Origin: Phallusia mammillata
Taxonomy: Eukaryota
Assembly (NCBI GenBank): GCA_965637545.1
Contig: OZ281498.1
Location: forward strand, 23,808,001-23,872,000
Direction of reading: 5' to 3'
Length of the DNA: 64,000 nt
Shown piece by piece: positions 60,490-64,000 of this stretch (position 1 is its first letter; each line of letters begins with the position of its first letter). Made by a program: the position numbers and the translations under genes. The notes beneath the pieces are model-generated. The model saw only the letters and a program-made list of their open reading frames with translations, had not been told where the DNA came from and ran no database searches.

Positions 60490-63400
60490 TTAGAAGTTCT
60501 CGAAGTGGTGCAGGAACGTGGCTCCGTCGTATTTGTTCAGGGAGGCGCATGTCTTTTCCACAGCGTTTGTCATTGGTGGTGGCCCGCAGCTGAAAACTCC
60601 GAACTGGTTGACCTGTGAGTAGAAGTTAAATGGCTTAATGTAAGGTTATAGTTAGGATTAGGGGTTGTGCTGTTACTCAACTAATTATCTTGATTCTTTT
60701 TGGTATATTTAAGCAACACACTCAACCACCTACTTTCTTTTAAAATAGAACGCGGAACGGCAATTTGATCAGTCTCGTTTTCGATTTAATTTCCGAACCA
60801 ATTCAAACATCTAAACGCTTTGCAAAACTAGTATTTTGTCATGTTTCGTTTTGCAAGGATGTTGACTAATTTATGAGTCAAAATCCCAACACATTTTTCT
60901 TATCAAGTTGTGATTCCGGTCCAAGTTCTTACCTATAATGTTTCTACACCTAAACTCAAGTTGTCAGCAAATTACAAATGTATACCTGGCTATGTTCGTC
61001 CTCGAGGGAGGCAAAGAAGGACTTGAAGTCAGGACGTCCGAAATGGGTGACAGCTCTAAGTCCAGTAAACAAGGATTTTCCGGCTACCTTCTGGAAGTGT
61101 CTCTCACAGATGTACTGCGATGACAAGGAAAAATGTTTGTTTGTTTTCCAGAGGTGGTCTAAAATGCTTATAACACCACAGCAAGTACACTTAAATGATG
61201 TAATTAGCTAACAAAGCTGCTGTTTTTGAAGATGCGTTAATGAGTTTTGGTTTGTTTATGCGTTTGTGTTTGTACAAACAAAGTATTCTTAACGTTTCGG
61301 TTTTGGTTGTGCATTCCTAAATACGATTTAGGTAGCACTGGAGAAATACGATTTAGGTAGCACTTGATCGATTGCTTACACTTGAAAAGGCCAATATTTT
61401 CCTGAAGAGTTTAAACTTAAGGCAAAAGGGAAAAAATATACTGAAATGTTTCTTCCGAACCTTTAAAGAGTTTTTCCACTTTACAACACGACTCTCTACA
61501 TGTCTGTAATAATGTTGTTTTAAATTTATCGTTAAAGCACTCCACTTGAACTGCGCAGATGTAGCACACATCGTTCCCGGGAATCTTACCTATTTAGTTA
61601 CCATTGCACATTATAATCTCACAAACGGTTCTGTTACGTACCAACATGGTGGTCCTGAGATCAAACTTTTGTGGGAACTGGGTGATGAAGATGTGAGTGT
61701 CGAGAATTCCCGCTTTGTCCTTGCCTTCAACTTCTTGTATGATGTCGGTCAACCACTCGTATTGTTTCTGATCCCGTGTGATCCACATGAAGTAAACCTG
61801 CGAGAAAAAATGGGACTTCAAATCTGTGCACAATCATGAAAAAAAAGCATTCGTAGCAAACTAGAACGACGTTCATTACAAATTTTTACAACATGTTGAC
61901 ACTAATTAAGAAAGAAGCTTAGTCAAAACGATTTGTTCACATTGTTTTTTCTACTCTGGCAGTGGCGTTTCTGTTTTTGATCAAGCACGTTTCACACTAC
62001 TCTCAATTCTGGTGTTGAGAAGCATTTTATCGGTAAAATTCCTTCTAATAATGCATTTTTCATTCCGATGAGTTGAGATGTTCAATGCATTAAATTGGCA
62101 TAGTTTTGAAAACAAGGTTCTCTTACCCTTTTGCATTGAATCTTGAGGCCGGACTCTGCCACGTTGATCAGATCCTTGAGAATCGAGGCAAATGGTGTCA
62201 CACCGATTCCGCCGCCAACCAGCACTGAAACATCGTACTTGTACCAATCTTGGTGACCTTCGCCAAACGGTCCATCGAGATAGATCTACAAAAACAAACA
62301 ATTAAAGCTTTCTGCGCTTTGCTATACTCTCATCGTTAGCTAGTACAACCTTCCAAACTCCAAATCTCAATCAAATATCCAAACCATTTTTTGGTGACAG
62401 AAATATTAATTTTGCCTACTGAAAAGGAATGATCAGTTCTATCTGAAACAGATATTTCTGTTTTGTCTGCCGCTCTTTCTGAAACACTTCGAAAATCTGA
62501 CAACTTTGGACAGATTCGTTTACGCTGTTGCACTTTCTGTAATCTGTTGTGTCAATTTCCACACATTGCTGGAGGTTTAGGTAGCTACCTTAGGATAGGG
62601 CGAGTCTCTTAGCACTTCAGGGTTGTATATGTTTCTGAGGTTGGTTGTCCACGGTCCCACAGCTCGGATATGCAGTTTCAGTGTGTCCTCGGTGGGGGCG
62701 GAAGTCAATGTGAAGGGATGGTACTCGTTGGGGGATTGAGAAAGACAAGCGATTCGGACCTGGATGAAAAAAGTTGCCATCAGCGATTGATGAGTTCGTG
62801 GCATAAAGTTTCGTTGTCTATTCAATGGTTGAACTAAAATTTAAAGCTTGTGTGTTTAATGTCTTTTGGAGTTTCTTTTCTAGGGCGTTTGTGTTTTCTT
62901 AAAGGCAATAGTGACACTCATTAATCTTATTGCGTTAACAAGGTGGTGTGTTACATTTTGTAATGGTGCTTTGCTCTTTTAAACTGTTTTTGCCCAAAAA
63001 GGATTGTTTACATGCATTTGTGTCAAATCGGATTTTTATACATTAGTGGCTTTACTTAAAGAGACAAATTTCTTTTCAAAATCTCCACTAATTTTTACTG
63101 ATGCTAAACAGGGGAGGCTTGCAAACCTTCCCAAATCTGTTTACCCATTGTCCAGCTCTGTAGTCAAAGTTATGGGGTCTCTTGAACTCAAGGAAGGTCA
63201 CATCAGAAGGCAGAAGTTCGGCTTTTATCACAGAAATCTCGGTCTTGCTTCGGCTTAAGCTGTAGAGCTTGTCCAATGTGTAAAGCACTGCTGGTCCAAG
63301 GAAGAAATAGTAGAAAAACGGATCCTGCAAATAGAGTCTTTGTTTTAATACTGATCGAGTTGTGACGTAAAAGTTCTAATGCATTATACGTTGCATGTTT

Positions 63401-64000
63401 TGTGGAACTTTTTGCAAAGACGAGTACGGAGTTTTCCAATGCAGAAAATACTGAAAAATGACCGTTTTTCACTTTTTAACAAAGTATTTTGCTGACATTT
63501 TGATTTTCTCCTCAATTTGGAGTTTTTTATTTCTATCCAACCCAATTAAATGCGACTTGTTTTGGGGGTGCTGCCTATTTAAAACTTTCAGCAACGGACC
63601 TGCACCAAAAATCCAGCCCCGTGTAGAACCATAAAAGTGTATAGGATCACGTATCCGAAGTTATGTGTCCACCAGAACCACTTGAAGAGCACACGACGCG
63701 AGTAATCAGATGCAAACGTGTACCTGGACAGAAAAAATAGCAATATTTTGGTTGCTGTGACAAAAAGTCAATCGTTTAGGCGTCTTTAGCTGGGTTTTCT
63801 ATGATATTAAGAAGTTTATGCTGTCTTTTATGAAGAATATTCGAATTTGCTAGAGGAATGTTGTACTGTCAAAAAGTTTGTCTTGTAGCCATATCTAGAA
63901 TAACTTTGTGTTGACTTATTCAAATAGAATAACTTACATGACAATCACGGTGAGGGTTAGGATAATCCCAGTGATTCCAGTGATCGTTTGCCAGCACCAG
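60490..64000 (-). CDS. DUOX: Dual oxidase, C-terminal ferric-reductase/FAD/NADPH-binding exons (5'-partial)
   Basis: QTITGITG; FWWTHNFG...LHG; GQWVRIACL...[11 protein letters not shown]...[10 protein letters not shown]; [11 protein letters not shown]; [17 protein letters not shown]; THFGRPDF; GVFSCGPP...HHFENF*. Confidence 0.92.

Noticed and set aside
60490-64000. NOX5 or NOX2 identity for the oxidase; functional link to the receptor array
   Set aside because: The GQWVRIAC, GEGHQDW and HHFENF motifs are DUOX-type. Proximity at over 40 kb is not evidence of co-function.

Overview
AT-rich, intron-rich animal genomic DNA, most likely from a tunicate (ascidian). This is inferred from a multi-exon connexin and a chordate-type DUOX; the species cannot be determined. 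Layout: (1) 1-19.2 kb: a head-to-tail minus-strand array of an unrecognised family of small type-I membrane proteins (signal peptide, 8-Cys module with a BCMA/TACI-like start, O-glycosylation-type mucin stalk, TM, variable tail). It has four complete 5-exon genes, one partial gene, one decayed copy and one orphan TM exon, with clear exon-level mosaicism. (2) 20.1-38.8 kb: DHX37 (+, about 27 exons), carrying a 2.46-kb hAT transposon with a broken transposase, its MITE derivative, other MITEs, a nested repeat and two inverted tRNA-derived SINE heads. (3) 40.4-44.4 kb: an atypical 4-Cys connexin (-) with a long, probably glycosylated first loop. (4) 46-60 kb: gene-poor, MITE-rich DNA with a possible remote relic of the receptor family. 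(5) 60.5-64 kb: the 3' exons of a DUOX (-). All exon models were built by hand from GT-AG sites and checked for frame; there is no transcript evidence.
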